Assembly (NCBI GenBank): GCA_963788195.1
Contig: CAWBGA010000004.1
Coordinates: 1 to 64,000 of the forward strand
Source: Nitrospirota bacterium
Lineage (GTDB): Bacteria; Nitrospirota; Nitrospiria; Nitrospirales; NS-4
DNA length: 64,000 nucleotides
Direction: 5' to 3'
The notes below the pieces were generated by a model. It made no database searches and was not told the DNA's origin. It saw only the letters and a list, made by a program, of their open reading frames with translations. Positions within the stretch are counted from its first letter, which is position 1, and each line of letters begins with the position of its first letter. A program made the translations under genes and the position numbers. Positions 28,908 through 39,042 of this stretch are shown here, piece by piece.

Positions 28908-29327
28908 TTACTGGCCGGCTGTCACGGCCGTCGTCGGCACGGGGGCGGCCGTATCCGACTTTTTACGGTAGTCTTCCAATGCTGCTTTGATCGCATCCTC
29001 CGCCAACACCGAGCAGTGGATCTTGACCGGCGGCAGATTCAACTCCTGCACAATGTCGGTGTTTTTGATCTTGTATGCTTCTTCCACCGTCCGGCCTTTC
29101 AACCATTCCGTTGCCAGACTTGAACTCGCAATGGCGGAACCGCAGCCGAACGTTTTGAATTTCGCATCCACGATGACGTCATCCTGGACCTTGATCTGCA
29201 ACTTCATCACGTCGCCGCATTCCGGAGCGCCCACTATCCCGGTACCGACCGATGTATCGTCCTTTGGCAGGCTGCCAAGGTTTCGCGGATTATTGTAGTG
29301 GTCAATCACCTTATCACTGTAAGCCAT
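28908..29327 (-). CDS. iscU: Fe-S scaffold IscU
   Basis: YSDKVIDHYNNPRN, GAPECGD, FKTFGCGSAIASSS, LPPVKIHCS. Confidence 0.97.
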   Translation of the reverse strand: MAYSDKVIDHYNNPRNLGSLPKDDTSVGTGIVGAPECGDVMKLQIKVQDDVIVDAKFKTFGCGSAIASSSLATEWLKGRTVEEAYKIKNTDIVQELNLPPVKIHCSVLAEDAIKAALEDYRKKSDTAAPVPTTAVTAGQ

Positions 29328-29355
29328 GTGTCTCCTCCTTCAGCCTAGGCCCTGA

Positions 29356-30570
29356 TTAGTGAGCGGCCCATTGCACCGATTTTAAATCAATCCCTTCTTT
29401 TGCCATCTCATAGAGCGGGGACATTTCCCGCAGCCGCGTTACCGCTTCGATCATGCGCTTCGCGGTGTAATCAACTTCTTCATCCGTGTTAAACCGCCCC
29501 AGACCGAACCGTATCGAGGAGTGGGCTAAGTCCGAGCCGACACCGAGCGCGCGAAGTACGTAAGACGGCTCGAGGGTGGCCGAGGTGCACGCAGACCCGG
29601 ATGACAAGGCGATCTCCTTCACTCCCATCAGCAGCGCTTCTCCTTCAACATAAGCAAAACTGATATTCAGATTGTTTGGAAGCCGCTCGGTCGGATGCCC
29701 GTTAAGGTAACACTCGTCCAGCTTCTCCATGATCCGCGTCTGAAGTCGATCGCGCATGGTCGCCATACGTTTGCTTTCAACCGCCATCTCCTGCTCACAC
29801 AGTTCGGCGGCCTTGCCGAAGCCCACGATCGAGGGGACGGGGAGAGTTCCGGATCGCATCCCTCGTTCATGGCCTCCGCCATCGATCTGAGGAACGATAC
29901 GCACGCGCGGGGCTTTTTTCCGAACATACAGCGCGCCCACGCCTTTCGGGCCATATATCTTATGCGCACTAAAGGACATGAGATCGACACCCAACTGGTT
30001 TACGTCCACCGGAATTTTGCCGACGCCTTGGGTTGCGTCACAATGGAATATGACGCCCTTTTCTTTGGCGATCTTGCCTATCTCCGCGATAGGGTTAATG
30101 GTCCCGATCTCATTGTTCGCCAGCATAATAGAGATCAAAATTGTTTTTGGAGTGATCGCGTTCCGGACATCCTGGGGGTTGACTCGCCCCTCTTTATCCA
30201 CCGGCAAATAGGTAACCTCTATACCCCGCTTTTCTAAAGCCTTACACGTGTCCAGGATCGCGCGGTGCTCGGTCATCGACGTGATGACATGGTTACCCTT
30301 TTCCTTGTACATCTCTGTTGCGCCTTTCAGCGCCAGGTTGTCGGACTCGGTTGCCCCGCTCGTAAACACCAATTCCTTCGCATCGCACCCGATCAGTTTA
30401 GCAATCTGCTTACGAGCATTTTCGACGGCTTCTTCAGCCTCCCATCCCAACTGATGGTTACGACTCGCGGCGTTTCCGAATTTTTCGACAAAATAGGGCA
30501 ACATTGCCTCGAGGACCCGGGGATCCATCGGGGTAGTGGAATGATTATCCATGAAGATCGGGAACTTCAT
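29356..30570 (-). CDS. iscS: Cysteine desulfurase IscS
   Basis: [25 protein letters not shown] (PLP lysine), SSGSACTS. Confidence 0.97.
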   Translation of the reverse strand: MKFPIFMDNHSTTPMDPRVLEAMLPYFVEKFGNAASRNHQLGWEAEEAVENARKQIAKLIGCDAKELVFTSGATESDNLALKGATEMYKEKGNHVITSMTEHRAILDTCKALEKRGIEVTYLPVDKEGRVNPQDVRNAITPKTILISIMLANNEIGTINPIAEIGKIAKEKGVIFHCDATQGVGKIPVDVNQLGVDLMSFSAHKIYGPKGVGALYVRKKAPRVRIVPQIDGGGHERGMRSGTLPVPSIVGFGKAAELCEQEMAVESKRMATMRDRLQTRIMEKLDECYLNGHPTERLPNNLNISFAYVEGEALLMGVKEIALSSGSACTSATLEPSYVLRALGVGSDLAHSSIRFGLGRFNTDEEVDYTAKRMIEAVTRLREMSPLYEMAKEGIDLKSVQWAAH

Positions 30571-30582
30571 CGTGAAACTCCT

Positions 30583-31038
30583 TTAGCCGTGTAGTGCCAG
30601 AGACTGGGCGCGCGTCGGTTGAATCGTGGTTCCGAAGGTCGTCATGTCCTCAATCGACATACTTTCAAGTAAAGAATAGATGCTATTCTGGATATTGCGC
30701 ATAGGAGTGCGAATATTGCATCGCGCTAACTGGACGCAATGCGACTCCTCATTGTGGTAACATTCAGTAATGCCTACATGGCCTTCGATCGCTTGAATCA
30801 CTGCGAGGACGGAGATGTCACAAGCCGGCCTTGCCAGGAGGTATCCTCCCTTCGGTCCGTTGTGACTGATCACAATTCCCTTTTTCCCCAATTTTTGGAG
30901 TACTTTTGCCAGCAATTCCAGTGGTATCCGGTATTCAACAGCAATTTCCTTTGTGTTGACCGCGTGAAGAGAATTCTTTGAGGCCATATACTGTACAGCT
31001 ATCAAGGCATACTCGGTCTTTTTGGAGAGCTTTAACAT
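30583..31038 (-). CDS. Rrf2-family regulator (IscR/SufR-like)
   Basis: LSKKTEYAL, GPKGGY, three Cys (C-x7-C-x5-C); first gene of the isc operon. Confidence 0.9.
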   Translation of the reverse strand: MLKLSKKTEYALIAVQYMASKNSLHAVNTKEIAVEYRIPLELLAKVLQKLGKKGIVISHNGPKGGYLLARPACDISVLAVIQAIEGHVGITECYHNEESHCVQLARCNIRTPMRNIQNSIYSLLESMSIEDMTTFGTTIQPTRAQSLALHG

Positions 31039-31062
31039 CTCTTTATTCTACCGTATTCCCAA

Positions 31063-31151
31063 TGTTCCGACTTATTTGGTCGCAGACTAATCATATCGGA
31101 GATCTTTCTGGTCGCACATACGGTATAACAGCCGCACAAATGGCTTGTCAA
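31063..31151 (-). promoter_or_regulatory. isc promoter with two tandem IscR-type-1-like boxes
   Basis: TTGACA (31146-31151), 18 nt, TATACC; GAC-N7-GTC at 31069-31081 and GAT-N7-GTC at 31101-31113, sharing TGGTCGCA. Confidence 0.45.
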
Positions 31152-31199
31152 GACAAAAAAACAACTTATATATCAGTAGCTTAATAAGGATCTTACCAA

Positions 31200-32606
31200 T
31201 TGCCAGCGATTCGCGTCCGCTTCGCCCCTAGTCCAACGGGATATCTCCACATCGGGGGAGTTCGGACTGCGCTGTTCAATTGGTTGTTTGCCCGGCACGA
31301 AGCCGGAGCCTTCATTTTAAGAATAGAGGACACCGACCGAGAGCGGTCAACGCCAGAAGCAATCAATGCCATTCTGGAGGGAATGAAATGGGTCGGCTTG
31401 GACTGGGACGAGGGGCCATTTTACCAGAGCGACCGACTGCCGTCATATCGACAACATGCCGACCGCTTGATTGCCGAGGGCAAGGCATACTACTGCTATT
31501 GCACCGAAGAAGAACTCGACGCCAGGCGCCGAGAAGCGCTCGCCCGAAAAGCCATTCCGAAGTACGATCGGCGCTGTTTGACCAGGACTGAACCGCCCCC
31601 GCCAGGCATAGCTCCAACGGTGCGCCTGATCACACCCCAGACCGGAGAAACGGTAGTTGAGGATTTGGTAAAAGGACGGGTCGTATTTGAGAACAGCCAG
31701 CTCGATGATCTTATTATCATGCGGTCGAACGGCATGCCCACCTACAATTTCGGCGTCGTGGTGGACGATGCCGTCATGGGCATCACGCACGTGATCCGCG
31801 GCGATGACCATCTCAACAACACGCCGCGACAGATTCTGCTGTATGAAGCTCTCGGGTATGAACCGCCTCGCTTCGGGCATCTCTCCATGATCCTTGGTAT
31901 CGATAAAGTCAAACTGTCAAAGCGCCACGGCGCGACGTCGGTGTTGGAATATCAGGAGGCAGGGTACTTGCCAGAAGCCTTGGTCAATTATCTGGTCCGC
32001 CTGGGGTGGTCACATGGTGATCAGGAAATCTTCTCGCTCCAAGAGATGGTCGCCAAGTTCTCACTGGATCACATTAGTAAGTCCCCGGCCGCCTTCAACC
32101 CCGATAAGCTGCTATGGCTGAATGGCCAGTATATTCGGCAAACCGAACCGAAAAGACTTGCGAATCTTTTGATGCCTATCCTCGTGAAGCAGGGTCTGGT
32201 GAATAAAACAGCGGTGGTCGATCCTGACTGGCTGGAGCAACTAGTGACCGTGCTGCGTGGCCGATCAAAGACCCTCGTGGAAATGGCTGAGAAAGCGGCT
32301 CCGTTCCTAGCGGAGTCAGTGACGATACAACCTGAGGCCGAGAAGTTCCTTACGCCGGCGGCGAAGCTGCCGTTGGAGCGCTTGCATTCCGTCGTTGCGC
32401 AATCGTCCTTTGATCATGCCATGCTCGAACAAGGGTTTAAATCCGTCCTTGAGGAAATAGGGTGGAGCATGAATCAGCTTGCCCAGCCGGTGCGAGCCGC
32501 GCTCACCGGGGAGGTTAATAGCCCAGGGATATTCGATGTCATGCTGCTCTTGGGACGCGACCGTACACTGGCACGTTTGCGAAAGGCCATTGACTTGATA
32601 GGTTGA
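31200..32606 (+). CDS. gltX: Glutamate--tRNA ligase
   Basis: RFAPSPTG, HIGG, LRIEDTD, THVIRGDDH, KLSKR. Confidence 0.97.
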   Translation: MPAIRVRFAPSPTGYLHIGGVRTALFNWLFARHEAGAFILRIEDTDRERSTPEAINAILEGMKWVGLDWDEGPFYQSDRLPSYRQHADRLIAEGKAYYCYCTEEELDARRREALARKAIPKYDRRCLTRTEPPPPGIAPTVRLITPQTGETVVEDLVKGRVVFENSQLDDLIIMRSNGMPTYNFGVVVDDAVMGITHVIRGDDHLNNTPRQILLYEALGYEPPRFGHLSMILGIDKVKLSKRHGATSVLEYQEAGYLPEALVNYLVRLGWSHGDQEIFSLQEMVAKFSLDHISKSPAAFNPDKLLWLNGQYIRQTEPKRLANLLMPILVKQGLVNKTAVVDPDWLEQLVTVLRGRSKTLVEMAEKAAPFLAESVTIQPEAEKFLTPAAKLPLERLHSVVAQSSFDHAMLEQGFKSVLEEIGWSMNQLAQPVRAALTGEVNSPGIFDVMLLLGRDRTLARLRKAIDLIG

Positions 32607-32618
32607 GACACGGATAAT
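32590..32618 (+). promoter_or_regulatory. sigma70-like promoter for tRNA-Gln
   Basis: TTGACT-17 nt-GATAAT. Confidence 0.5.
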
Positions 32619-32640
32619 ATTTTTCTACCACGCGGAGGGT

Positions 32641-32714
32641 TGGGGGATCGTCTAGTGGTAGGACGACAGACTCTGGATCTGTCTACCTAGGTTCGAATCC
32701 TAGTCCCCCAGCCA
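32641..32714 (+). tRNA. tRNA-Gln (CTG)
   Basis: Acceptor TGGGGGA/TCCCCCA, anticodon arm ACAGA-CTCTGGA-TCTGT, T-loop GTTCGAATC, encoded CCA. Confidence 0.97.
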
Positions 32715-33083
32715 ACCTGTTCTTGGCGAAGCCTTTTGAGAACTTTCTTTTTGTTCCCCGCAGCAACCTGCCTTTCCACTAGCTATTTACTTTCTGTTAT
32801 TGCCCCGAAAGCGTGTTGGCCGACTTATGCATGTCTATTAGCCAGGGCCGATGAAGCAAGATATTACTGCTGAACCTTCACGGAATTGTCGCCGACACGG
32901 TCAGGAAAAGTCGGGGAGATCGACGTATCGTTTATTTCCATACGCACATACCAACCTTATATCGGTTGCGACCGCCATAATCGGAGGCGATAATTGATGT
33001 GATGAGAAACGCTCACTCGTGCAGTTCTTCCCATGGAGAACGCAACAAGACAGTATGGCACGATCTAAAAATTGGCTGAAGTA

Positions 33084-33982
33084 ATGCATCCTCAACTCAT
33101 AACCTGTCTCGGTAGTGTGGGTCTCCTGCTCAGGTTTGTCCTCGGGAAGTTTGGCCACAACCTACACCTTTACCACAATTGATTTTCCAGGCCCGAATAC
33201 CATAAAAACGCTCGCTTGGGGCATCAATGACGCCGGCCAGATTTCAGGAGAGTTTGAGCAGGGCAACGCGGACCAATTCGTCTTTCGGTATACAGCTGGG
33301 CACTTTCACCCAATTCGATTTCGAGATAACTCGTGGCATCAATAATGCTGGTCAGATGCTGGTAGGATTTGCCGATGGTAGTTCAGGCGTTCTGAGTTCT
33401 GACGGCACCTTTATCCAGATCGATGCCCCGGGTGCTCGTGTCACAACTCTCGAGGGCATTAATAATGCTGGCCAGATTGTAGGAAACGCTGACGGTCGCG
33501 GATTTGTGTACTCTGGGGGCATCTTCACCCAGATCGCTGTCCCCGCTAGTCGCTTCACAAGCCCCAAAGGCATCAATGATGCCGGCCAAATTGTGGGGAT
33601 GAGTGACTTCTCCCGTCACGGTTTCTTGTACTCTGCCGGCACCTTCACCCAAATCATTGTCCCAGGCAGTCGTTTCACAAGCCCTGAGGACATCAATGAT
33701 GCCGGCGAGATTGTTGGACAATATGTGGATCTCATGTTTCGCAACCATGGGTTTCTCTACAACGGAGGCACCTTCACCCAAATCGATGTCCCGGGTAGTT
33801 TGGATTCAGGAATTTTGGGCATCAATAATGCCGGCCAGATTGTGGGAGCGTTTAGTAATCTCCCCGAAGACCTGGTCGGACATGCTTTTCTGGCGACGCC
33901 CATCCCTGAGCCCTCCACCTGGCTGCTGCTTGGCTCAGGGCTGGTAAGCCTAGTGATCTGGCGGCGATACGCGCATACCTGA
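33084..33982 (+). CDS. PEP-CTERM surface protein with HAF-like repeats, frameshifted
   Basis: About six GIN(D/N)AGQIVG..HGFLY..GTFTQI repeats; C-terminal IPEPSTWLLLGSGLVSLVIWRR. Confidence 0.88.
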
Positions 33983-34859
33983 AAACAATTTCTAGAGAGC
34001 AGTCACCAGGCCTTCACAACAGTCTTCTGTCTGACGCCTTACTAGCTTGCTTGTCTTCGTGCGGTAGTAACTTTAGACTCTCAGCATGTCTCAACGTCCT
34101 CGCACCGCGATCGAATACCGCCAAGTGATGTCCTACGCTACTGGCTAAATTGATTCCGCGTGAGGATCATGATCAATGGATGCTGACGTCGGACTCCGCG
34201 CTCGAAGGCGTATGGCCTGCGCTGGCTAATGCAGAACGGCAACGAGGGCAGTTGTACAACTGCTCCGGTTTAAGCAGTGAAACTAGTGTGTCAGGCAGCC
34301 ATGCAGTGGCGTCAATCTGTTCATGTCTGGGCAATGCGGAACGGAGGCAAAATCCTTCACGTGAAGTCTTTCTCCCACACAGATTTGATTCTTGCCCTTG
34401 CCACTCCTAATGATTTTGCCCTATTTAAAGTGGACTTTGATGAGGGGCGTAACCTATAATTTGGGTACTGTTCTTGCGTCTTTTATTCTTCCTAGGGAAA
34501 ACTTTCATGACAGCTAATGGTTCATCAGAGTTAGGTACCTCTCTGAAAGAGGGGCGAGCGTCGAATCCATCGGTGAGGTAGGCCTCTCGATTTTTTACCG
34601 TCAACGGAGCCTTTGAACTATTAATACAGAGGACGATTTTCGCGTCTGAATCATCCGCCTCGCCCATCTGAAGTAAATAAAAGGGGAGCGTCTATGCTGA
34701 AAGCCGTCCTGCTTGTGCTGCTGCGCAGCGCGATGCCCGCGTGGAGTGAAACTTACACCAAACAGGAGACGGACGGCGCCGGGCTTTTTGGGGGCTGACG
34801 GCCAAACCTGTGGATTTGCCGCAATCGGGTCACCAACTCGGCCGATGAAAGGAACGCTG

Positions 34860-37800
34860 ATGACGAAAGTACTTCTGTGCGTGGGGGTGTGGCTAGTCAG
34901 TGCGACAGCGTGGGCCGCCCCCACCCTCACGGTCAACGGCAGCGCTGGTCCGATCACGGTGGGGGCGGGCAGCACGATCACCATCGTCGCCGCGAATCTG
35001 GCCGCCAACGACAGCAATATCGTGGCCCTGTTTGCCCCAGGCACGGCAAACAGCCAAAATTTGACCTGGGTTTATCTGACAGGGAATCAGACGTTGCGCA
35101 GCGGCCATATGACGGGAGTGACCACAACATTCACGCTTCCCCCCGCCCCTGGGACGTTTGAAGTGCGGGCGATGCATTGGGTCTCTGGGACCGGGTATGT
35201 GACCGATGCGACCAGCGGAACGGTGACGGTGCAAAGCGGTGGGGCTTCTCCCACCCTCACGGTCAACGGCAGCGCGGGTCCGATCACGGTGGGGGCGAGC
35301 AGCACGATTACCATCGTCGCCGCGAATCTGGCCGCTAATGACAGCAATATCGTGGCCCTGTTTGCCCCAGGCACGGCAAACAGCCAAAATTTGACCTGGG
35401 TTTATCTGACAGGCAATCAGATCTTGCGCAGCGGCCATATGACGGGAGTGACCACAACATTCACGCTTCCCCCCGCCCCTGGGACGTTTGAAGTGCGCGC
35501 CCTGCATTGGATCGTGGGAACCGGTTACGTCACGGACGCCACCAGCTCCCTGGTAACGGTATCGACGAGTCCAGGGTCTTCCCCGCCGCCTACGTCGACA
35601 CCATGCGGGGTGAATCCGGAGAGCGCTCAGTCGGGAAACTGGTCTGATCCCGAGACCTGGGGGGGGTGCCTCCCAACCCCCACGGACCATGCCACGATTG
35701 CGGGGGGACATACGGTCATCGTGGACGGTACCGTAGCCGTCACCGAGGTGCTGGTCCACGGGCGACTCGCCGCCTGCCGCACCTGCAAGTCGCTGCTCGA
35801 TGTAGGGTCTGTGATTGTCCTTGCAGGCGGGACTCTTGACTATGGCACGGCAACCAGCCCGATCCCTGCCGGGATCTCGGCGACGATTCTTTTACGGGAT
35901 TTGCCGAATGCGACGTTTACGCATTTACATGGACAACCGGGGCTGCAACCCGTGCTGCACGCCCACGGCGGGGCAATTGAGATGCAGGGATCAGGGCCGG
36001 CGGTACCATGGATGCCGCTTAGCGGCGATGTTCCCGCAGGAGGGGTCACCCTCGATGTCAACGACGACTTGACGGGTTGGCGGGTGGGCGACACCGTGCT
36101 TGTCACCGGCACGGTGAAGCTGGAGTTGGATCGCGACCCCGTACAAAGCGAAGAGCGAGTGATTGCGAGCGTGGAGGGGCATCGCCTCACGCTGACCGTT
36201 CCATTAACCCATGCCCATGGGGGCGTGCAACCTTCGGCAGAATGTCGCACCTGCCGGCAAGCCGTGGTTGCAAATCTCACGCGCAACGTTCTGGTGACCA
36301 GCGCGTACCAGCTGGGGCGGCGCGGCCATGTCCATCTCGCGACGGATATCGAGAACAGTGCGACTGGGCAGCAGCCGACCGTCCATATCAGCGATGCCGC
36401 CTTTGTCAGCCTCGGGCGCCCCGAAGTGGGTAGCTATGGTGGCCCGCATCTACACATTCTGGGCGTGGCAAAGGACGCTCACGTGAGGCGGAGCGTCATC
36501 CGGGACTCCGCCAACGTGTGGGTCCGAGTGCATGGAACACATTTCGCCACTATAGCCGACAACATCGGCGTGTTCTCCGTGGGCAACGGGTTTTCCACCG
36601 AGGATGGCTCGGAAGCGTACAACGTGTTTCACCACAACCTGGCAGTCCTCGCGTACCCGGCGACCGTGATGACGAATCCCAACGATCCGTTTGACAAGGG
36701 CGAAGGGGCTGGATTTTGGGCCAATTCGCCCCGCAACATCTGGACCGGGAACGTGGCCGTGGAGAATATCTGGGGCTTTCAGATTCAACGCGGGGGCGAG
36801 GGCGAGCCGCACCCCGTGCCGACGGTCGACGCGCAGGGGATGCCCGTGGTCGTCGATATTCGCGCGGCCCCACTTCTGCGCTTCGACGGCAACACGGCAA
36901 CGGGCCACACCGCGTCCGGGTTCGAGATGGCGGGCGGCCGCAGCCTGGAGGCGTCTGTAATTGACCACTTCACGGCGCTCGACAACAACAGCTTTAGCGT
37001 AGCGGTGTTCAGTTTCAACACCGTGTTCGACCACCTATACGCCGCGAATGGCGGCCATGGCGATGTCACAAAGGGCGACTTTCATGTCAACGATATAGGC
37101 ATGTATCTTGGCCAACTCAACCTCACCGTCCGCAACTCCTACCTGTCCGCCCTCGAGATCGGCTATCAAAACATCGGCTATGTGCTTCTGGAGAACGTGA
37201 AACTAGATTTGCTGCTGCGCTCTGGGTTCGGTGCGGCAGAAACCATCATCAGTATTTCGGGTCCGACAGCGGCCACTGGGGGCATCCTCTATGATGTAGG
37301 CCTCACCGTGAACGGCGTGGTCCAACCAGGCACGACGGCTTCGCAGCAAGTCGTGCTGTGGGACTACGATGGGCCAGGCCACCATGTGATGTTGGGACAG
37401 GACCAAACCAGTGCGGCGGATACGCTGACGTATGCCACGAGCTCGCGATTTGGGCGGAGAACATCATTTGCCGGTAGTATGGACTCGACCTGGCAGGAGG
37501 CCCTGTTCACCGGACCGTATGGGCAAGGCCCTGAGTTTGCGTGGCCGTTGCGCATCGACGTAGGCAACCGCCCCCGAGGTGGCATCGGCCAGCCCAACCC
37601 CACAGATCTCATGGTTGGTGGAAAGCGATGGAGAGTGGATGTCTCCTATGTGCCCTCTCCCCCAGGGACGCGCTTGCCACGTTATGGCTTTACCGGGGCC
37701 TTCCCGGTCTTCACCCCTCCTATATTTCCTAACCCGACGCAAGACGCGACCGACGCGCATCTTCACGATGGGACGCTGCTCGGTAGCCATCGGACGGCTA

Positions 37801-38129
37801 GGGAATTGCGGTATACCGTGGACCTTCCCAACGGCGAGTACTGGGTGGATCTCGGCTGGCAGGAATCCTCAGGGGACGCGGGCTCCGTGAGTGCCGTGGC
37901 AGGACGAGTGATGGACGTCTCCGTGCAAGGCGTGCGACAGATCCAAGATTTGGACGTGTTTAGCATCGTGGGGGTGAACGCCCCGCTCTGGCGATCCTTC
38001 CCGGCCACGGTGACGAACGAGCGGCTGTGGGTCGACTTCAAGGGGCAGGCTGGAACCGGGCACATCGCCTCGGTGAATGCCATCGCCGTCTGTCCGAGGG
38101 CGATGGTGACGGCCGGCCGCTGTCCGTGA
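34860..38129 (+). CDS. Secreted protein: 2x Ig-like repeat, G8 domain, parallel beta-helix, malectin-like domain
   Basis: Signal peptide MTKVLLCVGVWLVSATAWA; SAQSGNWSDPETWGG (G8); VANLTRNV, VHGTH, EDGSE..NVFHHNL, GFWANSPRN..GNVA (CEMIP/fibrocystin-like); LPNGEYWVDL..GRVMDVSVQG (malectin-like). Confidence 0.85.
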   Translation: MTKVLLCVGVWLVSATAWAAPTLTVNGSAGPITVGAGSTITIVAANLAANDSNIVALFAPGTANSQNLTWVYLTGNQTLRSGHMTGVTTTFTLPPAPGTFEVRAMHWVSGTGYVTDATSGTVTVQSGGASPTLTVNGSAGPITVGASSTITIVAANLAANDSNIVALFAPGTANSQNLTWVYLTGNQILRSGHMTGVTTTFTLPPAPGTFEVRALHWIVGTGYVTDATSSLVTVSTSPGSSPPPTSTPCGVNPESAQSGNWSDPETWGGCLPTPTDHATIAGGHTVIVDGTVAVTEVLVHGRLAACRTCKSLLDVGSVIVLAGGTLDYGTATSPIPAGISATILLRDLPNATFTHLHGQPGLQPVLHAHGGAIEMQGSGPAVPWMPLSGDVPAGGVTLDVNDDLTGWRVGDTVLVTGTVKLELDRDPVQSEERVIASVEGHRLTLTVPLTHAHGGVQPSAECRTCRQAVVANLTRNVLVTSAYQLGRRGHVHLATDIENSATGQQPTVHISDAAFVSLGRPEVGSYGGPHLHILGVAKDAHVRRSVIRDSANVWVRVHGTHFATIADNIGVFSVGNGFSTEDGSEAYNVFHHNLAVLAYPATVMTNPNDPFDKGEGAGFWANSPRNIWTGNVAVENIWGFQIQRGGEGEPHPVPTVDAQGMPVVVDIRAAPLLRFDGNTATGHTASGFEMAGGRSLEASVIDHFTALDNNSFSVAVFSFNTVFDHLYAANGGHGDVTKGDFHVNDIGMYLGQLNLTVRNSYLSALEIGYQNIGYVLLENVKLDLLLRSGFGAAETIISISGPTAATGGILYDVGLTVNGVVQPGTTASQQVVLWDYDGPGHHVMLGQDQTSAADTLTYATSSRFGRRTSFAGSMDSTWQEALFTGPYGQGPEFAWPLRIDVGNRPRGGIGQPNPTDLMVGGKRWRVDVSYVPSPPGTRLPRYGFTGAFPVFTPPIFPNPTQDATDAHLHDGTLLGSHRTARELRYTVDLPNGEYWVDLGWQESSGDAGSVSAVAGRVMDVSVQGVRQIQDLDVFSIVGVNAPLWRSFPATVTNERLWVDFKGQAGTGHIASVNAIAVCPRAMVTAGRCP
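34920..35546 (+). repeat. Intragenic tandem duplication, 330-bp period
   Basis: 34920-35216 and 35250-35546 are near-identical at the DNA level. Confidence 0.95.
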
Positions 38130-38245
38130 TGTGAGCGTCTGCGTTTTTCGGAAGAACTCAATCGCCGTTTGGTTGATCCCACACAGTGTTTCCGAGAGGA
38201 AGGCAGGCTGCTAAAAACATTTTACGGGAAAAGGCAGAAGGACGA

Positions 38246-38660
38246 TCAATGTCCTTCTCTTACGAGATTCTTGTTCCAGGCGGGGATTTCAACAACGATA
38301 TCCGTGGTGCCGTTGGGCACGCATTGGCAGCCCAAGTCGGGATTGCAACGAGATGTCCGGCGCTTCGTCCAGTTGATCAAGTTCGTCATCAGTCGCTTCA
38401 TTGCACGACTCCAGGCCCTCCTTGATCTTCACATGACAGGTTGAGCATGCGCACACCCCTCCACAGACGTGCTCAAGCTCCACGCCGGCGCCCATTGCAA
38501 TGTCAAGGATGCTCCCGGGTTGGCCCGTGGGGCCGTAGGGAATTTGGGTCGGATCCACATCAATCACAATGGGGGAACCGTCACGGAGAATGGTGATCTT
38601 GTAAGGCTTCTTGGGAAGTTCGAGATCCGCGCGTTCAATATATGGATTCGTTCCACCCAA
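38246..38660 (-). CDS. fdx: ISC-type [2Fe-2S] ferredoxin, one frameshift
   Basis: EHVCGGVCACSTCHV, then SRLG and a shifted frame CQCVPNGTTDIVVEIPAWNKNLVREGH; TTG start after GAGG. Confidence 0.9.
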
Positions 38661-38748
38661 GGCAGTCAGACCTCGATGACTAGAGTAATTTATCTTTATA
38701 GCACCCGGGGCCATTCGGCGCAACCCGCATTCCGAGGCTCTGTGTCGG

Positions 38749-38777
38749 TTGACAAGCCGAGAGCCATTCGATATTGT
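38749..38777 (+). promoter_or_regulatory. sigma70 promoter for tRNA-Glu
   Basis: TTGACA-17 nt-TATTGT, followed by a GC-rich discriminator. Confidence 0.6.
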
Positions 38778-38801
38778 GGCGTCGTCTTGCCGACTCGACC
38801 A

Positions 38802-38879
38802 GGTCCCATCGTCTAGCCTGGCCTAGGACAGTGCCCTCTCAAGGCATAAACACGGGTTCGAATCCCGTTGGGACCACCA
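38802..38879 (+). tRNA. tRNA-Glu (CTC)
   Basis: Acceptor GGTCCCA/TGGGACC, anticodon arm GTGCC-CTCTCAA-GGCAT, GTTCGAATC, CCA. Confidence 0.97.
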
Positions 38880-39042
38880 CTTCTCTTCATTGGCCAATTA
38901 GATTACCGCCTTCTTTTATTTTGTAAGTCCCTTTCCTAATTGTAATTTTGTGGCCACCAACCGTCTCCACATGGGTCGAATGCAAGCATGGTCTGTTCGA
39001 CGGAAAAATGCCGTTGTTCCCGGATTGGGAAGAGCGGTGCTT

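Noticed and set aside
31200..32714. Calling GltX non-discriminating because tRNA-Gln is adjacent
   Set aside because: Adjacency is common and not diagnostic; needs a genome-wide check for glnS and gatCAB.
33055..33117. TAA readthrough or recoding in the PEP-CTERM gene leader (two in-frame TAA after ATG 33055)
   Set aside because: ATG 33084 with one indel gives a better signal peptide, and TAA is used as a normal stop throughout the window.
33990..34850. Genes or ncRNA in the spacer before the G8 gene
   Set aside because: Only short ORFs without recognisable motifs, and no convincing structure by eye.
32641..38879. Prophage or ICE integrated at tRNA-Gln or tRNA-Glu
   Set aside because: No integrase, phage or conjugation genes, and no duplicated tRNA 3' end found by eye.
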